A stretch of DNA of 10,617 nucleotides from Promethearchaeia archaeon (GCA_046497275.1 JAWOFX010000168.1:1-10617), one strand, 5' to 3'; positions 1 through 8,815 are shown, numbered from the stretch's first letter. Notes: generated by a model from the sequence alone, not told the origin. Numbers and translations are program-made.

Positions 1-585
<585 letters not shown>

Positions 586-705
586 GAAAAGGGACATTGT
601 GGTTCAGGCTTAGAACGTATAGGTATTATGTGCATGAGAATGAAACAATTATAAAGGATAAGGGATTGAAAAGAAGACAAACAGAAATGGGGTGTGTTCC
701 AATGA

Positions 706-780
706 CTTTTATTTCTCATTCTTTTTAAAACGTTCAATTCAACTTTTTATTTTTAACAATATTACTATTCATTTTTTTAT
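706..780 (+). terminator. T-rich tracts downstream of the 23S gene, possible archaeal oligo-T terminator region
   Basis: Several T5-T7 runs follow the rRNA trailer and precede the next promoter. Support is positional only, in AT-rich DNA. Confidence 0.3.
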
Positions 781-845
781 GATATGAAATAAGAGTAATT
801 TTGCCTAAAAAGAGTAAATCTCAAAAATAATTTCCCTTATATTGA

Positions 846-861
846 CCAAAAAATTATATAT
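846..861 (+). promoter_or_regulatory. Candidate archaeal BRE/TATA promoter for the GGR gene
   Basis: A-rich BRE-like CCAAAAAA is followed by TTATATA at 854-860, 31-37 nt upstream of the ATG at 891. Confidence 0.45.
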
Positions 862-890
862 GTGAAAATCAAAATAAACTATAATTTAAC

Positions 891-2093
891 ATGACTACGA
901 ATGACCAAAAATTTGATGTTGTTATTTCGGGAGCGGGACCCTCAGGTTCAAAATGCGCAGAAATCTTAGCTAAAAGTGGTTTCAAAGTTGCTCTAATTGA
1001 AAAAGACACAACCTGGAGAAAACCATGTGGTGGAGGTGTTAGTTCTAGGATTTTTAAATATTTCCCACAGCTTCGAAGGCTTAATCCCCATAGAATCAAA
1101 AGTATTGGAATGTATTCTGCGGATTATGAGAATCTTCACTTTTCATGGGAAAGTATGAAGGATGATTCCATAGTTATCGATAGATTAGAATTAGACAATT
1201 TCATAAGAAATGTTGCAGTAGATGCGGGAGCACAATTATTCGACGATCATACCTCCTATGATTTTTTAATCAAACAAGGAAAAAGAGTTGGAATAAAAAC
1301 TAAAACCCAAGAGAAAATAGAAGAATTTTATGGGAAAATATTAATAATTGCAGATGGCATGAGTTCTAAATTAGCTGTTAAATCGGGATTGAGAAAAAAA
1401 TGGGAAATAGATGAATTAGGATTAGCAAAATGTGCTATAATGGAAGGTGAAACATCTTTAGACACACAATGTATCCATGTATTTTTCAGACCATATAAAG
1501 GATATGGATGGATTTTTCCATTAAGTGAGAGAAAATTTAATATTGGATGCGGCACATTTGAAGAGGCCAATCGAAAGTATAATCTTAATACGATATATGA
1601 AGAATTTATTCGAGATCCCCATATAAAACATCTTTTACCTGAGAAAACATATAAACAGATATGGTCTGCTTCGTTTCCCCTCCCCGCAAAAGGAGTTAAA
1701 AAAAATAGTTTATTTGGGGAGAATATAATGTTAATTGGGGATACAGCTGGATTTGTTTCCCCTATAAGTGGTGAGGGGATTCATCCGAGCATTGTCTCTG
1801 GGAAGGTTGCTGCTGAAACTGCTATAGCAGCATTAGAAGAAGAAAATATATCCAAGAAGCAATTAAAGAAATACAAAACGAATTCAAATATAAGCAAGAT
1901 AATTCGAAATTTTCAACTGAAAAGATCGATGGTTGAATTCTTTTATGAGAATGATGGAGAGAATTTGTCAATCATGTTAAAATTAGCAAAACAAAATGAG
2001 AAATTTAGAGATATTGTTGTAAATATGTTTTTATTTAATGCGGCACCCTCTAAGGAGTTTTTTTCTAAGATAAAAGATTTTAAGCTTAATTAG
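891..2093 (+). CDS. Geranylgeranyl reductase family FAD-dependent oxidoreductase (digeranylgeranylglycerophospholipid reductase-like)
   Basis: N-terminal dinucleotide-binding motif DVVISGAGPSG...VALIEK, the GGR motifs KPCGGG and PYKGYGWIFP (PxxYxWxFP-like), and C-terminal IGDTAGFVSPISGEGI; 400 aa. Confidence 0.92.
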   Translation: MTTNDQKFDVVISGAGPSGSKCAEILAKSGFKVALIEKDTTWRKPCGGGVSSRIFKYFPQLRRLNPHRIKSIGMYSADYENLHFSWESMKDDSIVIDRLELDNFIRNVAVDAGAQLFDDHTSYDFLIKQGKRVGIKTKTQEKIEEFYGKILIIADGMSSKLAVKSGLRKKWEIDELGLAKCAIMEGETSLDTQCIHVFFRPYKGYGWIFPLSERKFNIGCGTFEEANRKYNLNTIYEEFIRDPHIKHLLPEKTYKQIWSASFPLPAKGVKKNSLFGENIMLIGDTAGFVSPISGEGIHPSIVSGKVAAETAIAALEEENISKKQLKKYKTNSNISKIIRNFQLKRSMVEFFYENDGENLSIMLKLAKQNEKFRDIVVNMFLFNAAPSKEFFSKIKDFKLN

Positions 2094-2173
2094 AACTATT
2101 TTTCATGATTAATAAAAAGTTCATAGTCCATATTTTAACATAATAAACAGATATCGAAAATAGGATGAGTAAA

Positions 2174-3214
2174 TTATTCTAATAATTTTTTACCCTCTTC
2201 AATCCACTTTTTTATAGTATTTTGTGAAGCCCCGTCTATTTTTTTCGCTAATTCTCCGGGATCCTTATCAATTAACTCATTGACAGAATCAATTCCTACT
2301 TCTCTAAATTTTTCTTCTGTTTTTGGCCCCAAACGGTTTAATTTGGTAAGTTTAATGGGTTTTATTTGAGATTTTTCTGCAATCTTTACTTCAGGTGTCT
2401 CTTCTTTTTGAGTAACTATTGATTTCTCGCTAATTTTTTCTAAAATTTCAATAGCATCTACAGATTTCATATCTTTATCAGTATATATCCGTAATTTAAA
2501 CCCATCCAATTCGAGGATTTTCCTAGAAAAAGATGTAATCGGTTCCCACTCTAATTCTGATATTTCCTTCCCAAAGATTTTTGATTTTTTCTCGACAGCT
2601 CCATACAATTCAGAATTTCCAATTAGAACGTGTCGTCTTTTATAATTTGGAGGATGCTCATTATCTAAGATTTTCTCTAATGTTTTTTTATTTTCTTTTT
2701 TGATAGGTTTATTAGGTTTAACATTTAATTGAGGAGATCGTTTATAATTTGGTATTTGAGAAAAACTCTGAGAAGGATTTGCAACATGAGAGTTTTTAGA
2801 TATTTGTGGACTGTATGATCTAAATTCTCTTTTAGAAGGAATTTCTGGTAATTCTCTTTTTTCTAACATTTCCTCATCAAATCTAAAATTTTGGATAAAT
2901 TCTTTAAGTTCATCTCCCTCGTCTATGGAAACTATTTTACAACGATGAAAATGGGCTTCATTTATTAATTCTTTTTGTAACGATGTGGCGACTCGTGAAG
3001 CGATAAACTTTTTTCGTACAGAGGATTCAATGCCTTTCCAAATATAAATTCTCCTTATATCTTCTTTTACAATTATTATCACTTCATCTGATTTTAGTAC
3101 AGTGCTTCCATTGTCCTTAGAAAAGTCCTTTTCGGTAATATTTAGTCTAATTCTTTCCCCAGTATTTTTAAGTTTAAAAACCATAAAATTAGAATAAGCA
3201 CTAACCATTTGCAT
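2174..3214 (-). CDS. Asgard-type single-gelsolin-domain protein with a middle globular domain and a C-terminal helix-hairpin-helix (HHH_5/DUF4332-like) domain
   Basis: aa ~11-112 match the gelsolin repeat pattern (VIIIVKED-RRIYIWKG-SS-RKKFIA...IVSIDEGDE-KEF). aa ~113-175 form a S/P/Q/N/K-rich linker. aa ~177-260 are globular (PPNYKRRHVLIGN-ELY...LRIY). aa ~288-346 (LTKLNRLGPKTEEKFREVGIDSVNEL...IKKWIEEGKKLL) resemble the RadA/Rad51 N-terminal HhH module. The start could be M1, M3 or M11. Confidence 0.8.
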   Translation of the reverse strand: MQMVSAYSNFMVFKLKNTGERIRLNITEKDFSKDNGSTVLKSDEVIIIVKEDIRRIYIWKGIESSVRKKFIASRVATSLQKELINEAHFHRCKIVSIDEGDELKEFIQNFRFDEEMLEKRELPEIPSKREFRSYSPQISKNSHVANPSQSFSQIPNYKRSPQLNVKPNKPIKKENKKTLEKILDNEHPPNYKRRHVLIGNSELYGAVEKKSKIFGKEISELEWEPITSFSRKILELDGFKLRIYTDKDMKSVDAIEILEKISEKSIVTQKEETPEVKIAEKSQIKPIKLTKLNRLGPKTEEKFREVGIDSVNELIDKDPGELAKKIDGASQNTIKKWIEEGKKLLE

Positions 3215-3336
3215 TTTAATATTTACTCATCAATTTAAATTTTGATATCTATCTCATTGATAAATATGTTTGTAAATTAAAAGAGAGAAAAGATTTATTG
3301 TTTTATGAAAACGATTAAAAAACTTATGATAATTTT

Positions 3337-4029
3337 TTAATTTATCCCTAAACTTAATCTAAAACCCTTGTATCCTTGTAAAAAATAACAAATAAGAAAA
3401 GAATATTGCGAAATTTTTTGATAAGATGCTTGGATTATAACTTTTTCATTAATTGATAAATGATATGTTGAGAAAGTAAGTATAATGTAAATTATAGCTA
3501 AAATGAGCAGAATAAGATAAGCTACCCCATATCTATTTGGAAAATTCTCTTCTTTTAAAATTGCAATAAAGTAAAATAAGGCAATAAAAGACCCAGCAAA
3601 ATTGAATAAAGTTGCAAAAAGGAGATGAATATTTCCAAAAATATCCCATGGGGTTAGTATTGTAATAATGAGAAAAATCGCGGCGAATATTCCAGCTAAA
3701 GATCCCAGTTTTGCTATATTATATTGATTATTATGTCTATTAAAAAAATTCGGCATCAAAATTATGAATGGAATGAAAGAAACACTAAATAATAATGCAG
3801 AAGGAGTAAATATAATAAAGGAAATGAGGTTTGACTCACCTGAAAGAGCTATTATCCTCCCTAAATCACTAAAATAATTCCCCCAAAATGTAAATCCTGG
3901 TTGTGAAGAATTATATAATGTACCACCTGAATAAAAATACATAGCAATGAGACCAACAATACAATACTGAATTGGAGCAATCATTACGAAACTAAAACCA
4001 AAATAGCGCCATTTATTGATATTTTCCAT
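3337..4029 (-). CDS. DUF998-family-like polytopic membrane protein
   Basis: About six hydrophobic segments, and the motif NYFSDLG after the first TM helix (NxxSDLG is typical of DUF998); 230 aa. Confidence 0.72.
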   Translation of the reverse strand: MENINKWRYFGFSFVMIAPIQYCIVGLIAMYFYSGGTLYNSSQPGFTFWGNYFSDLGRIIALSGESNLISFIIFTPSALLFSVSFIPFIILMPNFFNRHNNQYNIAKLGSLAGIFAAIFLIITILTPWDIFGNIHLLFATLFNFAGSFIALFYFIAILKEENFPNRYGVAYLILLILAIIYIILTFSTYHLSINEKVIIQASYQKISQYSFLICYFLQGYKGFRLSLGIN

Positions 4030-4255
4030 TTTAGATCACGATTTTAATCAAACTATCTTGATAAAAGAATTATTTAAAGTAACATAAATTTAGAAAAAAA
4101 TGCTAATTCTCTTAGATTTAATCCAAAAGAATTTAAAGAAAATATTTTGTACTAGTTTCAAGAATTTTGGATATTCGAGGATATTACTTTAATAAATTAC
4201 AAATAATAATCAATAATAACTAATTTATTAGTTCAAAGATATTTTCTTCTAATTC

Positions 4256-5656
4256 TCATCCATTAAAAATTAATTGTTTGATTTTTGGTTCAATTAAGTT
4301 GTATTTCTTCAGCAGTAACTTATTTTTCTTATTAATATAAATTAAAACCTTAGTTATTCCAAATCCATGAATCTTTTCTAAGAAAGTTTCATTACTCCTA
4401 TAAAATATTTCAGGTTCTTTATTTTTATCTTGGATCCAAATCGTCTCCTCTTCTTCTTCTTTGAATTTTTTTTCAGATTCTTTTGAAAGACCAGATAGAG
4501 GAATTTTATCTGCCATATATTTTGTAAATACATTTTTTGGAGTATGGACATAAATATCATTCGGAAAACGTTGTGTTAGATCTTTTAAATGAGTCTTTAT
4601 TCGATATTTTAAAATATCTGTTTCGGATTCAGATTTAGAGCTAAAAATTGAATATTTGTATATTTTAAAAAATTTTCTTCGGAAAAGAATTGCTTCCAAA
4701 ACTTTATTTAAATGAGACGATTTAGAGTTTAGGTTAGAATTTGTGATATTTTTATAAACTGAAAAAATTTCTTTTAATATATAAAAATCGGAAAGTTCTA
4801 AAAATTTCTTGGAATCCTCTTCTGTAGAAATAATTTCATTTAATTCATTAGAATTTTGAAAAGAAGGATAATTGTTCTGAGATATTAAATAATGACCTGC
4901 TATAGTTAACATATACGAAAAATATGAACTTGTTTTATGAGTGTAAACTCTATCATGCAAAGAAAAGCGTGAAATAATAAAATGTTCAATATCTCTTATT
5001 GCTTTATTATCTATTACAATCCTTTTGTTTTTGTAAGGGCGAAAATTACTTAACAAATAATGATAATTTATATTTCCGAAACCAACCCCAGTGAAAAAAG
5101 AATCTCTTAGAATATAATCAAGTCTATCCGAATCTAATTCCCAATTTATTATTCTACTTAAAATTAAATTTTCAATATCCTTCCCTTGTATTAAATTACA
5201 TATAAGATCAATATCATAACCATTATCTAATAAAAAATCCTTAATATATGAATTTTGTATAAGATAAACCCCAAATTCCTCATGAGGGAATTTTAAAAAG
5301 AAAGGAAAATTTTTCATAGAGAAGTCATCTTGTTTTCCATGGAATTCTAAAGAATGTGAGAAAGGAAAATGACCTAAATCGTGTAAAAGTGCTGCCATCT
5401 TTAAATTTTTTATACTAAAATTATCAAGAATATTTGTGGCTTTTTTATTTAATTCAAGAGCTATTTCTTTTGTTAAATGAAACACACCTAAGGAGTGTGT
5501 AAATCTATCATGCGTCGCAGTTGGATATATATAATAAGCCAATGCTAATTGTTTAATTCTGCGCAATCTCTGGAATAAGGGCGTATCTAAAATATAGGAT
5601 TCTACTTCATTTAGTTCGATCAATCCAAATAATGGATCATTTATTTTTCTTTCCAT
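4256..5656 (-). CDS. HD-superfamily phosphohydrolase, SAMHD1/YwfO/EF1143-like dNTP triphosphohydrolase (COG1078-type)
   Basis: Motifs DPLFG, DTPLFQRLRRIKQL, HDRFTHSLG (H54), LLHDLGHFPFSH (H92-D93), PHEE, ELDSDRLDYILRD (D177) and VYTHKT; metal-binding and catalytic residues appear intact; 466 aa. Confidence 0.92.
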   Translation of the reverse strand: MERKINDPLFGLIELNEVESYILDTPLFQRLRRIKQLALAYYIYPTATHDRFTHSLGVFHLTKEIALELNKKATNILDNFSIKNLKMAALLHDLGHFPFSHSLEFHGKQDDFSMKNFPFFLKFPHEEFGVYLIQNSYIKDFLLDNGYDIDLICNLIQGKDIENLILSRIINWELDSDRLDYILRDSFFTGVGFGNINYHYLLSNFRPYKNKRIVIDNKAIRDIEHFIISRFSLHDRVYTHKTSSYFSYMLTIAGHYLISQNNYPSFQNSNELNEIISTEEDSKKFLELSDFYILKEIFSVYKNITNSNLNSKSSHLNKVLEAILFRRKFFKIYKYSIFSSKSESETDILKYRIKTHLKDLTQRFPNDIYVHTPKNVFTKYMADKIPLSGLSKESEKKFKEEEEETIWIQDKNKEPEIFYRSNETFLEKIHGFGITKVLIYINKKNKLLLKKYNLIEPKIKQLIFNG

Positions 5657-5677
5657 AACGTTTTAGAAAAAATTCAT

Positions 5678-6169
5678 CTACTTTAAAAGCCCTTGCTTTT
5701 TTAAATCGTCAAGGATTTTCTCAATATTAAATTTATTGAAGAGATTAGGTTTAAATTTCCTAACGGCTTGTATTAATCTCTTTCTATTTTGATTTTTTAT
5801 GTACATATCTTGAAATATATACAATACACTTGAATAAAACTCTAATTCTTTAAGATCTTTGCCCCACATCAGTAATATTGTCTTAAGTCTTTTAATAATT
5901 TCTATTTCCTCATTTGAAAATTCAATATCAGGGAGATAATCCACATTTTGGTTATTTTGATTCAATGTTGCATAAATATCACTTATATCCGCAGAATAGG
6001 GACCATATGTGTGGAAATTATATTTTATCCCCAAATCTAGTCCAAGTTTTTGAAGAAAATAAAACATTTTCTGAATTATCAATCTTCTCTCAAAATCATA
6101 CTTTCCTTTTGTTTCTATCTCTAAAATATCACAGATCTTTTTGAACTTTATAATCTTGTCTATGCTCAA
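5678..6169 (-). CDS. YwgA-like winged-helix protein (related to DUF4065/SocA/Panacea-type antitoxins)
   Basis: RLIIQKMFYFLQKLG...YNFHTYGPYS matches the YwgA pattern (R--LQK--Y...Y-F--YGPYS), and the C-terminal ELEFYSSVLY...VRKFKP fits as well. The start codon is TTG (uncertain). The gene ends 21 nt before the HD gene start. Confidence 0.75.
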   Translation of the reverse strand: MSIDKIIKFKKICDILEIETKGKYDFERRLIIQKMFYFLQKLGLDLGIKYNFHTYGPYSADISDIYATLNQNNQNVDYLPDIEFSNEEIEIIKRLKTILLMWGKDLKELEFYSSVLYIFQDMYIKNQNRKRLIQAVRKFKPNLFNKFNIEKILDDLKKQGLLK

Positions 6170-6434
6170 GGTTTTTTTAGAGTTTGGTTATTTTAATTAA
6201 AATTCTTGAAATCTTCTTACTATTTATAATATAAGGCGCACATTGTTTTTTTAATTATATATCAAAATGTTAATAAAAATCTGAATACCTTATTTTCAAG
6301 AACAAGAATAAGAGATTTTTAAAAAAAAATCTTTTAAATTTAAGATTAAGTTAAATATCTTAATAATAAACATTTATAATCAATTAATATATATTTAAAA
6401 GAAAATTCTCTAACCAAAAATATTTTTTTTCAAT

Positions 6435-6869
6435 ATGGATGAAATTAAGAAAAGATTTCCAGTTTTCATTAAGATCCCCGTTTTATGGGGACAAATGGAT
6501 GCATTTCAACATCTTAACAATGTTCTTTACTTTCGCTTTTTTGAGAGCGTAAGAATTACCTATTTTAAAAAAATTGGCTTTCTGAAATATATGGAAGAGA
6601 AAGATATTGGCCCCATATTAGCATCAACAAATTGCAAATATTTAAAGCAAATAAAATATCCAGATACATTGATAATGGGTGCGAAAGTTCCAGAAATAAA
6701 AGAAGATAGGTTTTTGATGGAATATGTGATGGGGAGCATGCAAAAAAACACAATTGTAGCGATTGGCGAGGCAGATGTGGTGTGTTATAATTATAAGTTG
6801 AATAAAAAAGAGAAATTACCAGAAGAAATTAAGGACAAGATAATCAAATTGGAAAAGAAATTATCATAA
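6435..6869 (+). CDS. Acyl-CoA thioesterase, hot-dog fold (4HBT/YbgC/FadM-like)
   Basis: VLWGQMDAFQHLNNVLYFRFFESVR (D-x-x-x-H-x-N-N motif), followed by the typical strand pattern CKYLKQIKYPD; 144 aa. Confidence 0.92.
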   Translation: MDEIKKRFPVFIKIPVLWGQMDAFQHLNNVLYFRFFESVRITYFKKIGFLKYMEEKDIGPILASTNCKYLKQIKYPDTLIMGAKVPEIKEDRFLMEYVMGSMQKNTIVAIGEADVVCYNYKLNKKEKLPEEIKDKIIKLEKKLS

Positions 6870-6873
6870 ACTC

Positions 6874-7398
6874 TTATACTTCAGTAATATATCTCAAATC
6901 TGCTTTAATTTTTCTATTTTGATTTATACAAAGTATAATATAAGAAGTAGGAGCGCCGAAAAATGATTTTTCAAAATATCCTTTACCAGGATTTAATATA
7001 AGAATTCCCTCCTTCTTTTCTATTTTTGGATTATGAATATGACCAAAAATGAGCACATCAATCTTATCATTCACAAAATCCTTTAATATTTTATTCAAAA
7101 TGCTCTCTTCTGGTCCACCATATGAAGGATGGGTCAAGCCAAAAATGACGCCATTTAATTCAAAAATTGTTTTTATAGGTAATTTTTTTCTAATACTAAG
7201 CGGATCTGCATTACCAAATACCCCTATAAATCTATTTCCCTTCAAGTTTAGCAAAAGATTAAGCACCCTTTCCGAAATATAATCCCCTGCATGGATCAAC
7301 CAATCTGAGTGTTTCACTTCTTCCACAATTTTAGAGGGGAGATCATGCGGGGAAAGAATATGAGTATCTCCTATAATTAATACTTTTAAATCTCTCAT
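6874..7398 (-). CDS. Calcineurin-like metallophosphoesterase, YfcE/MJ0936 family
   Basis: Motifs GDTH, HAGD, GNAD, TH, GHIH and NPG in the canonical order; 174 aa. Confidence 0.92.
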   Translation of the reverse strand: MRDLKVLIIGDTHILSPHDLPSKIVEEVKHSDWLIHAGDYISERVLNLLLNLKGNRFIGVFGNADPLSIRKKLPIKTIFELNGVIFGLTHPSYGGPEESILNKILKDFVNDKIDVLIFGHIHNPKIEKKEGILILNPGKGYFEKSFFGAPTSYIILCINQNRKIKADLRYITEV

Positions 7399-7451
7399 TT
7401 ATTAAATACAAATATAATCTATTTTGGAAATTATTTATTCATTTCCTTATA

Positions 7452-7595
7452 ATGGAACAAAATAAAAATCTTGAAAAAAAAGAAGAAAAAAAAAATGATT
7501 ATAAACAGATTTCTACAAAAGATGTAATCAACTTCTTAAAATTCTTTAAAATTATGGGAAATAAACTCCGTAATACAATATACAATAAAGAATAA
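7452..7595 (+). CDS. Putative small protein, 47 aa (MEQNKNLEKKEEKKNDYKQISTKDVINFLKFFKIMGNKLRNTIYNKE); not in the supplied ORF track
   Basis: I translated it by hand from ATG 7452 to TAA 7595. It fills an otherwise empty ~280-nt gap, divergent from the phosphoesterase and convergent with ilvE. It has a charged N-terminus and an amphipathic-looking C-terminal helix. I recognise no homologue. Confidence 0.45.
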   Translation: MEQNKNLEKKEEKKNDYKQISTKDVINFLKFFKIMGNKLRNTIYNKE

Positions 7596-7682
7596 AGTTA
7601 AATATCACTCCGCCTGACTCAATATATCTCATATGGATTTATTTTTCAAGAGATAATGCGAAAAAAATATAAAATATTTAGA

Positions 7683-8708
7683 TTAAACATCTACTACCCA
7701 ATTAAATTCATCTTCAATTTCTTTTCTCTGGATGGCTGTTAGCAATTCATAAAGTTCTACTGTGGTATTCCCTGGTTTTCCCTCGTTGAAAACGCGCTTC
7801 TTCTCATCTAATGTTATAGAACCGATTGGAGTTATCACTGCCGCGGTACCCGTACAAAAAGCTTCAATACAATCCTCTTTAAACAATTCTTTATAAGAAA
7901 TATCTCTTTCTTCAACTTCCATTCCTAATTTCTCTTTTGCTAATGTTAACACCGATTTTCTAGTTATCCCTGGTAAAATGGTCCCTTTTAGCTTTGGTGT
8001 TGCTAATTTTCCGTCAATTACCGCGAAAAAATTTGCAGTTCCTACTTCATCAATATATTCTAACTCAGAAGCATCTAAATAAATTATTTGAGCAAACCCT
8101 CTCTCTTTTGTTTCCTTGGCCGGTTTCATAGTTCCTGCATAATTACTGCATGTTTTTGCGTAGCCTGTGCCTCCCGGTGCAGCTCTGGTGTATTCTTTAG
8201 ATATTTCTAAATCAATCGCATTGAATCCTTCTGGAAAGTAAGGACCAACTGGTACGGTAAATATTATCAATTTATACTGATCTGCTGGAGCAACTCCTAA
8301 CACTGGACCATTTGCTATCGATATAGGTCTAATATATAACGCTCCGCCACTATCATAAGGGGGGATATACTCTTTATTCGCTTTCACTACTTTTTTTACT
8401 ACTTCTAAAAATTTACTCTCATCATATGGTGGTATTAACATACGTTTCGCACTTTCTGTAAACCTTTTTGCATTCTGTTCGGGTCTAAATAGGACTATAT
8501 CCCCATTTTTAGCTTCTAATGCTTTCATTCCTTCAAAAATCCCTTGTCCATAATTTAATACTCCCGCTCCAGGAGAGATCTCAAAAGAACCGAACTTTTC
8601 CATTCTCCCTTCATCCCAACTACCGTCTATATAATCAGAAACAAACATTTCTTTCGTTTCTATAAAATTAAAACCCAGACTGTAAAAATCTATTTTCTCA
8701 GGATCCAC
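7683..8708 (-). CDS. ilvE: Branched-chain amino acid aminotransferase (PLP fold type IV)
   Basis: Motifs YGQGIFEGMKA, LFRPEQNAKRF, LYIRP, GPYF, PGGTGYAK--NYA (catalytic Lys), EVGTANFF, ILPGITRKS and GTAAVITPIG. The GTG start has an SD-like AGAGGT 6 nt upstream. Confidence 0.95.
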   Translation of the reverse strand: MDPEKIDFYSLGFNFIETKEMFVSDYIDGSWDEGRMEKFGSFEISPGAGVLNYGQGIFEGMKALEAKNGDIVLFRPEQNAKRFTESAKRMLIPPYDESKFLEVVKKVVKANKEYIPPYDSGGALYIRPISIANGPVLGVAPADQYKLIIFTVPVGPYFPEGFNAIDLEISKEYTRAAPGGTGYAKTCSNYAGTMKPAKETKERGFAQIIYLDASELEYIDEVGTANFFAVIDGKLATPKLKGTILPGITRKSVLTLAKEKLGMEVEERDISYKELFKEDCIEAFCTGTAAVITPIGSITLDEKKRVFNEGKPGNTTVELYELLTAIQRKEIEDEFNWVVDV

Positions 8709-8714
8709 TTTTAA

Positions 8715-8720
8715 ACCTCT
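8715..8720 (-). promoter_or_regulatory. Shine-Dalgarno-like site for ilvE
   Basis: AGAGGT on the minus strand, with a 6-nt spacer to the GTG at 8708. Confidence 0.6.
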
Positions 8721-8815
8721 TTCTCTTTATTTTATCAGTTAGAAATATTATATGTTTATTGAATAAAAAATCTTTTTATATGTGTTTATTTTAATAAAAC
8801 TCTTAAAAACCTATT

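Noticed and set aside
843-913. Direct repeat TGACCAAAAA(A)TT at 843 and 902, around the GGR start
   Set aside because: Short and A-rich, and the second copy is explained by coding sequence. Probably chance.
869-1570. Antisense ORFs 869..1099 and 1328..1570
   Set aside because: They are shadow frames opposite the well-supported GGR gene and have no recognisable motifs.
5657-5680. The ywgA-like and HD genes share a reading frame, with a mini-ORF MNFF* between them (TAG ATG AAT TTT TTC TAA AAC GTT ATG), suggesting a readthrough fusion
   Set aside because: A fusion would need readthrough of two different stops (TAG and TAA), and a shared frame occurs one time in three by chance. Translational coupling is possible but unsupported.
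4378-6144. ORFs 4378..4560 (-) and 5914..6144 (+)
   Set aside because: They are alternative-frame or antisense ORFs inside the HD and ywgA-like genes, with low-complexity translations.
6191-6332. AT-rich palindromes TTTTAATTAAAA (6191-6202) and AGATTTTT...AAAAATCT (6313-6332)
   Set aside because: They carry little information in very AT-rich DNA. The first may simply be a TATA-like box for the ywgA-like gene.
6560-7282. ORFs 6560..6751, 6565..6753 and 7049..7282
   Set aside because: They are antisense shadows of the thioesterase and phosphoesterase genes.
6874-7398. Metallophosphoesterase as a Vps29 (retromer) eukaryotic-signature protein
   Set aside because: It retains the full YfcE/MJ0936-type metal ligands (GDTH, HAGD, GNAD, GHIH), and no other trafficking genes are nearby. 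The widespread prokaryotic family is the more likely assignment; a phylogeny would settle it.
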